Below are positions 23,658 to 36,900 of a stretch of 64,000 nt of DNA, one piece after another. The notes under the pieces are model-generated. The model searched no databases. It worked only from the letters and a program-made list of their open reading frames with translations, and was not told where the DNA came from. The number at the start of each line of letters is the position of its first letter. Position 1 is the first letter of the stretch. Source of the stretch: Marsupella aquatica (Eukaryota; Plantae; Marchantiophyta); assembly GCA_973895155.1 (NCBI GenBank), contig OZ316897.1, forward strand, positions 62,001 through 126,000, read 5' to 3'. The translations under genes and the position numbers were made by a program.

Positions 23658-26600
23658 TGTGAAATCTTTACAAATGAAGGTAGTTCAGTCAACTTATCCA
23701 CTTCGCAAACATTCGGAACATCCTTCCTTCCTAAAGATTTCAATGGGGCGCTCGCACTGTGGAAACTCTAATATACTTGGCAAACATGTTGGTCTCATAG
23801 ATTGAAGTGGTTTCAACGATGGCACGGTCAATTGAATAGCGGACGGTGGTCTTAGTGTCTTAGTGCCTTTCCTTTTATGGTGTTTGAATCCTCTTCCTCC
23901 TACGACTTGGAGCAATAGCTTCCCTCGTTCCACTTCCTTCTGTATCCAAACAATGATGACTCTTCTTCTCTTGAATGGAGACTGAGGGTACAATCCCTCT
24001 TGTGATGATATTCGCTTGAATGGAGAGGGTACAATCCTGACACTGTTCATTTTCTTGTCGGCCACCCTTTTGTCCTATATCTCATGAAGTTGGGTACACC
24101 CCACACAACATACAAACCGTTAAAAGTTTCTGACAATTAACTTAGTTGTACTTAGACAATACTTTAATATATAAATCATGACTTGTTAATCATTAATTAT
24201 GCTTTATTATCTCTCTTTGCAACACTATTAGGGGGTCACACATTACACACAACTTATAAAAAAGGAGATTGAACTAAAAAAGAACAAACTATATGACCAA
24301 AGGATAGACTCTCAATCTAGGGGATCTTTCCGCAAGCCACCTAATGTAGAATAGTTTTCATTACTTAGATAGTTTGCACTACTATATATTATTCACAACT
24401 ATATTATATCTCAAATATATGTTTCTTGAAGAAGTGTGTTATAATTCCACTCCTCTCAATTAGTTGTTTATTTTAATATATGTACTAGAAAGCTTAATTT
24501 CTACTCAATTAGTAGTTTAATGTATGCTAGTAGAACATTATGGACCATATTAGACTCTCAAAACTCAAGCTAAAAGCCCTTATTTTCCTGGTCATATATT
24601 ATGCAGAAGATTGCAAAAATCACATCACTTTGGATGAGGTAATTAATTTCTCCTATATTTTCACTAAAATTTGTAAAATTATCTTATCATAACAATCTAC
24701 GATACCATCAAAATTTTGACCATAAATAATAGCCTTTGATAACTTGAGTTAGAGTTAATATTACATACATTAATTATACTCAAACAAGGCCTAAAAAATG
24801 TAACTAGGGGGCCCACGAACTAATTCCAAATACTCTTTTAGCTCCAATGCACTATCTTTAAAATTTGAAATATTATGGTATCTCCTCAAAACAACAAGCT
24901 GTAAGACTCTAATGCATATACTGAAATCTCTTGTTTAGACTCTATTAGGACATCAAAGCCCAGCCGTAACTCAGTTATAGCTTAGGACATAAATCATTTT
25001 TATGGCCTGGAAGTAACTTCTTATGGGGTACCTACAAAGGTGCCCCGCAAGTCTCATACATCATAAAGTTTTATGTCCGTAGGGTGAAGACCATATGTTT
25101 TAAGAGAAGTCGCCCCGGCACTAGTCACTAGTGCAAAGCCTGCCCGGCACAAGTGGCCCCTACGATGATCCCAGTGATGGAATGAGGGGTGAACTGAGTG
25201 TATTTTCCCCACTCACGAATTTGGGCAGCTCCTCTGAAATTCTTGATGAAATCCATCTGGGCATCACACTTAGGTCCACATTCATCAATATCGTTGCTGT
25301 TTGTCCTGAATTCGTAGTCAATGCACTATTGGGGTGAGGAAGAGATTCCCTCCAATCTTATTTAATGATGAGAGCCGCATAGGTGACGGTGAGCAAGCTC
25401 ATTGACATGGCTGCTACGTCGAGCTGTGAATTGTGGTGATGGATGGTTGTCTCCCAAAATTGTTCTACAGGCACTCTCGAGCAAGGAATTCTTCTAATTG
25501 TTTGCTACTTGTTATGCCATATTACATGAATTTAGTTTTGACAAAGAACAAACAGTTCTGAAACCGAGATTCTACGGGGAATAGAAATTGTTTGCTCTTG
25601 GATGTCCTTTGCTCATTTTAACAGACTTTCAAACAATGGATTTGATTTTAGAAGTATGTTGGTGACAAATCCCCACATGTAACAATCTATTGCACATCAC
25701 ATGAAACTAAAATGCTAATCTCTGTGCAAGCGCAATTGAACAACTACTGTTTTTTACTCATCTCTACTTCAATGTTGGTGTCTCTATTAGCTTTGAGTGC
25801 TTAATTTCAGAGTCTCTCTTAGCTTTGAGTGCAGAATTGTGACTACGCCTGTCGAAATAGTTTCGAGGCGCTCAATTGTCTCAGAAGTTATTAAATTCCT
25901 AGGTTCAACACAGTGGCAAAAGTTACGACGATGCGCCGTCCAAATTTCTGCTGTTCTGATTCTGGCCAACGCTTTCTATTCTGGATTTGATTGCCACTAC
26001 ATTTACTTTGTTGCTAAGACCAAAAATCTCTCTTGAAGACTCATTGACAGCCTACGATGGTGATGACACCTGCAACTTTGTCACCATCCTTAAGATTCTT
26101 TTCTACCCCATAACTAGTTCTTACAGGACGTGTCAAAGTACCTGATCAACTTCTGCCCTTAAAATTCCCGTAACTTTGTTTTACGGCTATTTGAAAGAGG
26201 GACTGACAGTGGACAGGGCTTATGGCTGTGTTTTGACACGCCCTATTGGCACTCTTGTTTGGTACTCTCATCCGAAGAGATCTAGTACAAAAGTTTATGG
26301 CTTTCTATGTCACTTCCCGATCAAATTTGTTCATTGCTCTGACTTGCATTGTTCAATTTAAACTGTGTATTCAACTTAACTGAACATCAGGACATGGAAC
26401 ACATTATGTACAATAATTATGCACAAGCACACAACCAAGAATGTGTGTCCAGACCAACTTATAACACTAAGTTCTCTCAAAGATCAGCCAAAAATCTTCA
26501 AATGAATGTAATTAATCTCCAAAATGTAGTTCAATAGCTCTCCTCTAGACTAACAGGCCCTTTCTTAATCTTGGCCAGTTGGACCTCTCTCTCTGAGTCT

Positions 26601-26904
26601 CTCTCTCTCTCTTGGATGAAGCCATTGTCGACAACTTAACTAGAAGGAAGAGATTTTTGTCCACTTATCAGTCATTTGCAAACCAATCTCTTCATCACTA
26701 ACGATGAAGGTAGGGATTTTCTGATTGCTCAATGAATGAATGAGGGGGTCTCAACCTTCCTTTGACCCTAAATGCATGCTCCCTTCCTCCTCTTCCACAA
26801 ACTTTGCTTTCATCTCCCTCATCCATCCGTACTTGCACGACCATGAGAAATTTCACTCCTTGGTGGCATTCACTCATTCGAGGCTTGACACAGGGTATGG
26901 TCCT

Positions 26905-29900
26905 TTAATCCTTTAAATCTTTTGTTTGAAGGTTTCGCCACTTGTCTTTCAGATCAATCTGTGTCAAAGTCAATAAAACATGATAGATGAGCATGCAATT
27001 TGTCTTGTGTGCAAGGGTAAATACAGTAATACAAAAAGCAGGATATAACCATAGAAGACTTACTTCAGACCGGTCAATGAAGTGTGCACCCTCGGCAGCA
27101 AGAATTCGACTCCACTTGCCTGGTCCAAACCTGAAATTAACCTTGGCTTAGAAAACCTCTTGTTCTTAGAGAAAAACACCAATTAATACCAGCTAGGTAA
27201 GATATTACGTCAATGCATTTTGATTGATAAGTCATAGGTTCACTACTTGCCTGCGGACTGCCTGTTTGAGACAATTTGTTTCCTCTTTAGACCACCTTTT
27301 AGTTGCCCTACGAACACGTATTAGACCATTGGGGCCTTCTTTCATGACTGCCCGGGTGATCAATTTGGAATTTTGTATTCCAATACAATCTTGATGCAGC
27401 CTCAACCTCTTAGATGACGGGCTGGACGTATCCTCCTTCCCTGTGCCCTGCAAAGACATCCAATTTGTAATACTCCAGCAAGGATTGCAAACATTACAAA
27501 ATACAGTACATCTTCCATACTGTACAAGATAGATGTTGTTGTCACCAATGATTAAAAACAAGAAGTTTCCTGCGGACCACCTCACCTTGGCACTCGAAGT
27601 TGCTAGATTGCCCTCCTCTGCTTTGTCTTTGGATTGGAACGGGGTGATTAGGGACCGAGAAGCAGGATTTAGCAAATCTATAATTCGTTTTCTCCCTAAG
27701 TTCTTCCCCATTTCACAAATGCCTTTGTAATTCTCACTCTGTGGGGCTGGAAGCTCAACTAATCTCTGTTCTTCCGGATGAATTAGGTGTTGGACTTCAT
27801 TTGATGATTGTTGCATTTTGCTAGTAGTAATTCCTCTGTTGAGCATATTAACCTCTGTGCTCACCTCCCTGGGCCCTCACTCTTACTATATAAAGTGAAC
27901 CCCCCTGAGAACAGACACCCCCCATGTACCCCTTCTTAATATTTTTGTTCACAAAAAAAATCCCCTTGTTAATATAAAAATATTAACTTTTCCTATTAAA
28001 TTTTATCCTTTTGTAAATTATAATATAGTTTTTCAAGGAATTGAAAACATCATTGAATTTTTAAAATTGCAAATATCATACTGAAATAGATAAGACTTTA
28101 TTTTGCATAGGGGACTTGTATGTTACGCCTTTGTTTAGGGTACATATTTTATATAGTTAAACAAAATTAGTACCAGAGAATTATAGTTCTTCCTGTAGTA
28201 TACAGACAAGCATGGCTGCACTATCCTCTCAGTGTTCCTAAAGCCCACGAAACCAAACTTGCCTTATGACGACAAATAATTAAATATCTGATTTACTATA
28301 TGAACATGTGCGCAAGTAAAGTGATGACATGTGTGCCAACCATATAGTGACATGTGTACTTGGCATTTTGGGTACCCTTGCATAAGATTAATCTGACATG
28401 TATTTGATAAGAGCCTTATTACTAATATTGTGCTGAATATATATACATGGATGTTGCCTACTTTAAAAACTATTATAAAAATTAGTTTGCATTACATTAA
28501 AAACACCCTTGCGATGTTCGCACGTCCTCCCTGTATTAGTAACACTTAGGGCCCAGGGGCTCACCTCTGTCACAAAAAGAACACCACATTAGAGACTTCA
28601 ATTCTCCATCAACAGCACATACAAAGACCTAGGAGTCTGAAACTACTCTATACACTATCAATCTGAACTAATCAATGCTAGTTCTAGTGCAATTTTGGTC
28701 AAACTGTAAGACTACATATGAGTTGAACTATGACATTGGTGAGCACTACATACCATACACTGGTTGGGAGGATGCCTGCTTTGGCAACAATACAGGCGCC
28801 ATGATCTGCTGGTTGGCCACCTCCAAAGGAGCTCCTTCATTCTCATCTATCAAATTCTCTTTACCTGTTCCAATCTCCACCCGCCTTTTTCTATAGTGAT
28901 TCAATTTAGACTGCAAATACAACCATCCAATTAACGGAAATGATATTTCTCCACCACAATATGTATATTCACAATGACTTGCAGCAAACAACAAATCAGT
29001 CCCACCTTTTACCAAATCTGATAGCTAGTGAGAGAAGACAAGGCCCAAACATTGTTAAAACAATGCATCTGTCTCCTAGCCTGTGAGTGCGGGACAAAAC
29101 CAATGGAAAAATCCCAAATTTTTTGTGCACCACTCCATCGAGCGGTGCAAATTAAACCAACTATTTAATAAGACATTTAAGAAAACAATCCTTTGGAGGA
29201 GGAGGGGAAGGGAGAGAATCATGAGCTAAGTTACCCAAGGTTGATCCAAATAAATACCTGAAGCTCAACTCGGACTTCCTCGGCAACACTTTCATACTTG
29301 TCTTTCAAAGTATCCACATCCCTACGAACTGAGGCCAAGGTGGTCACCATCATTTCATTCCTCTGTAGGAGTAGCTCCAACTTGACACCTATTGTGTTGT
29401 TTGCCTCTACTTGCATCCTCAAGTTGGTCAGTATTGTTTCGTTCCTCTCTGTCTGTAACTCCAAGGTGGTTGTCATCTTCTCATTCCAGTCTCTCTGGCG
29501 CTCTTTCTCTATTTTCAACTCACCTACAACCTCCATCAAGCACAGGCATGATGTACAACAAGATCTGACTGTTTTTGAAGCTTCTGAAATGCTCAAGGGG
29601 AATACATTCTTTAGTGTGAATATGTCAGAGTGCTCCAGCAACTCCGTACCAGTTGTTGTCAACTCGATACCAAATTTTGTCTTCAATTTTCCCTGTTCTC
29701 TATCCTCTGTTCCAGGCGTTGCTTCCGCTTCGCCCAATGTCTTCCCTGATATTTCATGTTCTTTACCCCCCGACAGAGGTTTTGTCTCTTGAAGACTCAA
29801 TGTCTTCATGGACGTTGCATGATCTTCATGGATTATCCCAACCTTTGTCACCATCTCATTGTCACAAGCTCGATTGAACAAAGAACCATCTTGGTGTCCG

Positions 29901-30820
29901 TTCACAAAAGAACCATCTTGCTGACCTTGCGGCTCTGCTCCACTAGTTGAGAATAGCCCAAGAAGTCCTCCACTGCTACATGGATCACCCTCATGCACAC
30001 TAGAAACAACAGTTCCTTTGGCATGTCCTGACATTGCATCATCGTCGTTCACAATTTGCAGATGCATTGTGAGATGTTTTTGTCCTGTGCAGTTCTCCTC
30101 CATCCCGTGGTTTTCCACTCCATGATGCTCCACACCCACTTGAGTAGATGTTTTCCAATGGAATACTTGTGGCCTTGGCAAAGACACAATTGAAGGGGAC
30201 TTCTCACTCAACAGAATTTGCAGATGGGATCCAAAATTGTAAGTGCAAGTCATGTTACCTTCAGAGATTTGTTTCCGGGCTCTGCAGAGGAGGTCGATCA
30301 GTCTCCCGCCAAGATATTCTCCCCAATTCTTCCTACTACTTGTTTCTTCAACTTGCTTTATCTGGCACAAAGACACATCGGCCCTGCTCCCCTTAAAGTG
30401 AAGAGCCCCCAATTGAAACTCTAGCCTCTCTCTGATTAGGGAATCTTTGCAATATTGCAATGAGTAAGAACCATTGCTGTTCCTTTTAATCCCTGCGAAT
30501 GACCTTGGATTATATCGAACTGCTTTTTGCTCAAATGGCTCCCCTGACCCTTGCAACTTGAATGTCTTCTTGGTAGAATCCAAACTCAAGTCTATTCTTC
30601 CCCCACAAACCCATGTTTCAGATTGTTCACTGTCAAAGTTCCGGATGAAATCTATCATGTCAGACTTAGAATGACTCTTAGTGTCCCAACGAACTCCCAA
30701 AACAAAATCTGCAAGCCCATTGTGCTGAAGATATTCTGAATGTTGCGCTTGACACAATGTCGTTACCACAAGTGGTGGGATAAAATAGAATGTTGGCATC
30801 GCCATAGGCTTGGAAGACAT
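26905..30820 (-). pseudogene. Multi-exon gene: PMD-like domain + coiled coil + C-terminal telobox (TRF-like) Myb domain, disrupted by a MITE
   Basis: Large exon 30820-29258 ends CAG|GT. Final exons splice to RWSKEETNCLKQAVR|RFGPGKWSRILAAEGAHFIDRSE|IDLKDKWRNL, matching the telobox consensus DLKDKWRN; stop at 26905. The phase link between 29258 and 28890 is not resolved. Confidence 0.7.
27867..28558. mobile_element. 692-bp non-autonomous TIR element (MITE) with 8-bp TSD
   Basis: TIR CCCTGGGCCCT / AGGGCCCAGGG (imperfect match extends to ~22 bp); TSD GCTCACCT at 27859-27866 and 28559-28566; AT-rich non-coding interior. Confidence 0.92.
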
Positions 30821-30982
30821 CGTTGTCCCTTCTTCCCACTAGTAGGCATGTACACCAAACCTCTGGTGGCACACTATCTTGGTTTGATATCAGTTTGATA
30901 TGTAGACAAATGTCATGCTAGACTGTGGTGACAATGAGAATGGTCGTGCTCCCCAGGTTCTTACAATAGTCTACGAGCTCAT

Positions 30983-31480
30983 TACAATAGTGTCAATAAC
31001 ACCAAGTAATTAACATTCATCACCAAGAATGCTAAAAATGCATTTGAGTCAGGATATTCGGGTGCTATGGTGATTGGCGCGAATGAAATCCGCCACTTCC
31101 CCGGGAAAATTCACAATGTCTATGCACACATGAACCCACTGTCCCTACTTGTCAACCTTGGGTTCAACTAGAAAGAATTGTAGGGAACTAGATCCAGAGG
31201 CACATAGACATGTACAGTAATAAATCTGGTGTACAGTGTCAATAACACCAAGTAATTAACATCCATTGCTCAAAATGCTAAAATGCATTTGAGTCCAGAT
31301 ATCCGGTTACTATGGTGATAGGCACAAATGAAATCCACCACTTCGAGGAAGATCCACAAAGTCTATGCACGCAGGAACCCATGTACTGTCCCTACCCATC
31401 AACCTTGGTTCAACTAAAAACAATTGTAGGGGAACTAGATCTAGAGACACGTAGCTATGTTTTGCAATAAATCTAGTGTG
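30983..31480. repeat. Diverged tandem duplication, ~245-bp unit, upstream of the telobox gene
   Basis: AGTGTCAATAACACCAAGTAATTAACAT...ATGCATTTGAGTC...GGAACTAGAT occurs twice. Confidence 0.8.
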
Positions 31481-32586
31481 ATTCAATCCGCACAATTATG
31501 TTCAACTATTCAATCTGTACAATTATGTTTAACTACAGTATAATATTCACGCTTATTCTATGATCCAAGCCGTCACCAAAGATTTGCTCTAGAGGGATAA
31601 TAATGTGGATTCCTATGAATCACCTAACAAGAAGCGGGCACTAACTAAGTACAAGTGTCCCTAATTAAGGCTTCCATGCTTGAATTGGTCTTAGCCAATA
31701 GGAAGCAAGACCAAATTAACAATACTTTTTTGTGTCCTCATGAATACATATATTCGAAGCTCTTAATCTACCACCAATGCTCTCTCCCCTTGCACCAGCC
31801 TAGGTACTTACATTCTTGAGGAGACCCATCTAGTGTGTCTAGAATGTTATACACAAGCCAAGGGAGAAGGAATTTTTTGCCCATTCCCTTTCTTTCAGTA
31901 CACCTCTGTATGACATAAATTCCCATTGCGACATTTTCCTTTCTAGCATAGAGTGGGAGCCACACAAGGAACCACGGCTCCACCCTTTCCCATTCTTTCA
32001 GTGTGCCTTTGGTGTAGAGCAGGAGCCAAATATTGGAACTGTGTAATCCTGCACACCTCTAAGCTTGAACTCAGGCAGGCTAATTTCATAGTGTGTCGGA
32101 TTGGGATATGACAAAAAGCTAAAATCTCAGCCCACAAGATGCAGGTAATTAAGATTCCTAGTTAGAGAACCCCTCCCTAACCCTAGTACTTCCGGAATGA
32201 CATACAAACGGGCATACAAAGGCCCAAAGGAAAATGAATTTTTTGCCTTTCCCAATCTTTCAGTTCTTTTAGTGCACCTTTAGCGTAGAGCAATCCAAAA
32301 GGATGAATAGGGCGTGTCAAAGTGTTACAGTCCAAAAAAATAAATCAAAGTGTTGTGGGATTTGTATTTTGGTAGCCCATAGTGATTTTGTCTTGACTGT
32401 AATAGTGTTTTATGACCTGAGCAATTGAGTTACATCTATGCAGCTTTAACACTCCCTAATGGAATCTTGGAACTATGTAATCATGTACCTCAGAGCTTGA
32501 ACTTAGGTGGGCTAACTTCATGGTATGTACCTTTAGTATAAGGCAAACAAATAAAATTCCAGCAGACAGGATCATCCTAATTCACC

Positions 32587-33765
32587 ATGTACAAATATTG
32601 AGGCGAGACCAAGGAAAGAACTGTACACTCCTTGGGACAAATCAATAGTAGATTTATGAAGGTGAGTACCTTAACATCAAAATCCCCCCTTTCTTCCCAC
32701 CTAGTACATGTAAAATATTCATAAATCTAATGATAAAAATTACAACTTACAACTGCATTTCGGTACTCAGATCTGAAATGGTTCGTGTACTATTTGACCA
32801 GAATTATAATTTTTACTGAATTAGAATTAAAATCTTGAAAAAATTTATGTGGATTTGTTTGCTATAGTGTGGGAAGATCTAAAAAAATTGACACCATAAA
32901 ATTGAAGTTTACACTTTATTGGATTCTTTATTATGAAATATTCTTGAACTTTTAGTTAGAAAAGTTCTTAAACTAAAGTCCTCAAGGTTTTGAAGGACAC
33001 TGTTTTTGAATGGCTATCAAAGATGTCACCTTTTGGATGTGGTTACAATTATCCCTATTTTCATTGCTCCCCGTGTGAATGAGGGTACTCTTATCTCCTG
33101 AGGGTACCCTTGTGCTTGAGGGTACTCTTATCAGTGAGGGTACTCTTATCAGCGAGGGTACTCTTATCAATGGGTACGCTTATCAATAATGGTACTTTGA
33201 TCAATAAGGGTACCCTTATCAATGAGGATACTCTTATCTCCTGAGGGTACCCTTGCGTATGAGGGTACTCTTATCAATGAGGGTACTCTTATATCAGCAA
33301 GAGTACTCTTATCAATGAGGATACTCTTATATCAGCAAGAGTACTCTTATCAATTAATGGGTACACTTATCAACAATGGTACTTTGATAATGAGGGTACC
33401 CTTATCAGTGAGGGTATTCTTATCTCCTAAGGGTACCCTTGCGTTGGGCCTTGTGCATGAGGGTACTCTTATTAATGAGGGTAATTTTATTAGTCATAGC
33501 AAGCAACAAAGCAGGCAGGGAACCCCATGAAGGCGCCCCGCACCGGCAGAAGGACTCCGAACATACTGAAAAGACCCTAAACCTCACTAGACCAACATTT
33601 TGGGTATTGCATGGACAAATACTAGCCGAAGTACATGCCTAAATTTACCTGCTCTGTTTTAGTTCCCTAAACCAGGGGTGATTTTTTTCATCAAATCCAT
33701 ACATTGTATCCTAGTTTTTTTCACACATGATGTAAACCTACATAATGTGAAAGTGGGAGAGAAGA
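32587..33765 (+). repeat. Long direct repeat copy 1 (TET 5' remnant + GAGGGTACTCTTAT minisatellite + conserved tail)
   Basis: Highly similar to 40827-42160 from TGTACAAATATTGAGGCGAGACC to GTGGGAGAGAAGA. Confidence 0.92.
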
Positions 33766-33940
33766 CTTATGATTTGATACAATCTTCATTTAACTATAGT
33801 ACAATATTCACTAATCATCAGTATATATGGTAAGCTCCAATTCCTCCATATAGTATGTAGATAAAAATTGAAGCAATCGATGAAATAATTAACAATTTCA
33901 TTACACTTGATATTAATTACACTGCTTCCTTACTTCTTCC

Positions 33941-36900
33941 TCACCAGTACTCAGGATATTTTGTTTTCACAATAGCAGCAGCAAACAAAACAAAGTTATT
34001 CACTACTTTCCCTGTACCTATCTGCATGAACCAAGTAGCAAGTTCTTCATCACTTTTCTCTCGAATTTCCGGAAATTCCTTGAACAATTCTGTTTGTATC
34101 CGAGAAACCCTCCAGCCTTGCCACACAAAATGTCAAAGACGCTCGCCTGTTCTATCATTGCACTGATCACCATATGGTCCTTTATGAATACACATTCCAG
34201 TGACAACTACAGTATGTTGAAAGTGACACTTAAAACAAGTCCATGCATTTTGAGGGAATGTGTTCTTGCAGGTCCGGGCCTGGTGAGATCCTAGACATCT
34301 AAAACACAATGACCGCAATATAGGACAGTTGACAGCATTGTGTACTTCTTGCTCCCTTGATTCAGGACACTGACAAATTAAGCATTGACTTCCATCACCC
34401 GCAAAAGTTCTGATGATACGAAGATCCCTTTTATCACTCTCAAAAGATCGGCTGTGTGCCATAGCCCTTAGCCTTGCAACCACAGGCTCTGCTTCATGTA
34501 CCCCTTGTATAATTGGGGTCATCGGCAAGGTGTTTCCTTGTCGTCTTGGCATGGGAGTGGCTGGGGGTTGCGTAGGAGTTTCATATGTTGACTCATCCGA
34601 ACCCCCTCTTCCTGGAATTCCCATTGAAGATGATGCTACCTCATGTGGTGGAATTGAGGCTGTTCTACAAGGAATGTCTTGTGTGAACACCTCAAAGTCG
34701 ACTATGTCCACACCTGGGCTGCACATCACAGATGCTTGGGAACACAAGTCACACAAACTAGAGAATGGAATAAGATGACATACTTGAGGTTTTCCATCGA
34801 CCTGGTCATGGAGCCCAAACCGACGACATGATGTCTTGTTCTCTATCCATTTGTGTGAAGCCGCTGTGGTTGAATCAATGCGTTCGGCCATCTTGCGATA
34901 AGCAAGGTTGGTCACCACATAACTCATCGCCGGGAGCCCATCACGTCCACCTCGTCCAGATTCTTGGTGGAAGTGTTCCAGAGACCTGAAACTACCACGA
35001 TGAATGACAAGCTTAACCCATTTATAATTGTATCCACTACTAATCACTCCGGTGGCCACCATGATCTTACAAGCACCTGACGTCCAAGAACTCAATGAAG
35101 CCCTCTTCACCGCTATGTCCAGATGCGCATGCACATACACACATGACATTTCTTTCCCTTGGAGGATTCTTGTAGTTGATTCCACCTCCTCGCGGGTTAG
35201 ACAAAATACTAGGGCCCTCTCTTCTGGCAAAGAATATGCTCTCCAATCACGCAGAAGACTCACTATTTCTTGATCCATCATGTTATGGCCAACCTCAACA
35301 ACGGCATACCTGATGTTGGGTCTCACAGTAGGACAACGAATCCACACCATCTCTGTAGCTAACATCCGCTCAATATCAACTTGATTCTTGGGTGCTAGGG
35401 ATGCAGTTAACCCTATGATTTGGCAATTAATTTCCATGAGGCCAACCAACTTTTTCATTGACGGTCGAAAGTCAGATAACAGGAGGTGCACCTCGTCGTA
35501 GACAATGGAATGCAAGGAACCACTGCATTTCAACTGCTTTGCCAAGATAATGAATAGTTTGGATTCTGCAGCAATCTCCACAGCCACAAAAATGATTGAA
35601 GGAGGTGTTGCCACTTCGACTGCACCATCCTTATACACAACACAACTAATATTTGCTTGTTTGCATTCCTCTACGTGGCCCTCTACTAGGATAGTGAGTG
35701 GAACGATCACAATCACCGTCCTATTCTGTCCCATGGTGGAAGGTGCCATGAACACCAATGATTTTCCAGACCCAGTGGGTAGTATGGCAACAAAGTCCAC
35801 CACATTATCTATGGATAGAGCAACTGCTGTTGCTTGTTCCGACGATTTCCACTGTTGATGACCAAGCCTTCTTAAGGCTTGACAAGCTCCAGCAGTCCTA
35901 TTGAGACAAACTTGTAGCAGGGGATCACTTTCTCCACTTGCCAATAATGTCTGATGGATGTTTGAGTGGAAAACTGTAAACCGCCTCCTTTTGGGAATTT
36001 GCCTCACCTCATATTCAACACCTCCAACGGGTCCCAAAAAGTCAAAAGGTGCAGTCGACATTACCTCGGGCCTCTGTGACCCACCGAGGCCAACCAACTT
36101 GTGCCACAATCGTGACACCAATACACACCCTCTTAAAATATGTCCATCCATGCCTCTAGGATCCTTTGTACTACGAGCATAGTGATGGCCGACCATAGCT
36201 GTTTCATGACCACCTGCTACATCCACAAGGTCTTCTTGTAAATGGGCCTTACAAGCTCGTATATTCTCACTCCAATGTGCTGCCACATGCCGGTACTTTG
36301 CAATCCCAAATGGAATGCCACAGTGCTTTTGGAAAGCATCTAATACACTGGCAGAAAGGTCTGCTCCCGTCAGCCTCTTGTCCATGGCCACAAACCAACA
36401 ATCCAGGTACATTGCTGCAACTTCCGGACCCCACAAAATATTCGCCACGAAAGATTGTACTGGGCGAACTAGACATAACAATTTCACAAATAGGTGGCTT
36501 TGATTGTCAGGAATGAACCGAGCAGTGAGGTTTATAGGTTTCCCAGCATTTGCACATTTGTGGTAGGATTGATAAACCATCAGCGTATCAGATAACCAAA
36601 TGAATGCTCTATCCCCAGTGGCAGTGTTGCGAATCAATAGGCTCGAGTATTCTTCCCCTCTTGCAGGTAATCCAGAACAGAAATGCAGAAGTAGGTTCAA
36701 TAGCCTCTGTAGCTTGGAACATGCAACCATCCACCTGTGGAGTGCACGCATGTTCCAAATAACTCCATTTACATTGTCCACTCGTAGGATGAAATGTGCC
36801 ATCATCATAGTATTACTGAACATGTGGTTCAATAGATCCTTTCCATGTTGTTGGAACTCTGGATTTCGGGCGTCTATGAGAAAAGAATAATGCACTTCGT

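Noticed and set aside
32982-33642. Short ORFs in the minisatellite (also 41225-42037, 51658-52797, 59317-59937)
   Set aside because: By-products of stop-poor tandem repeats.
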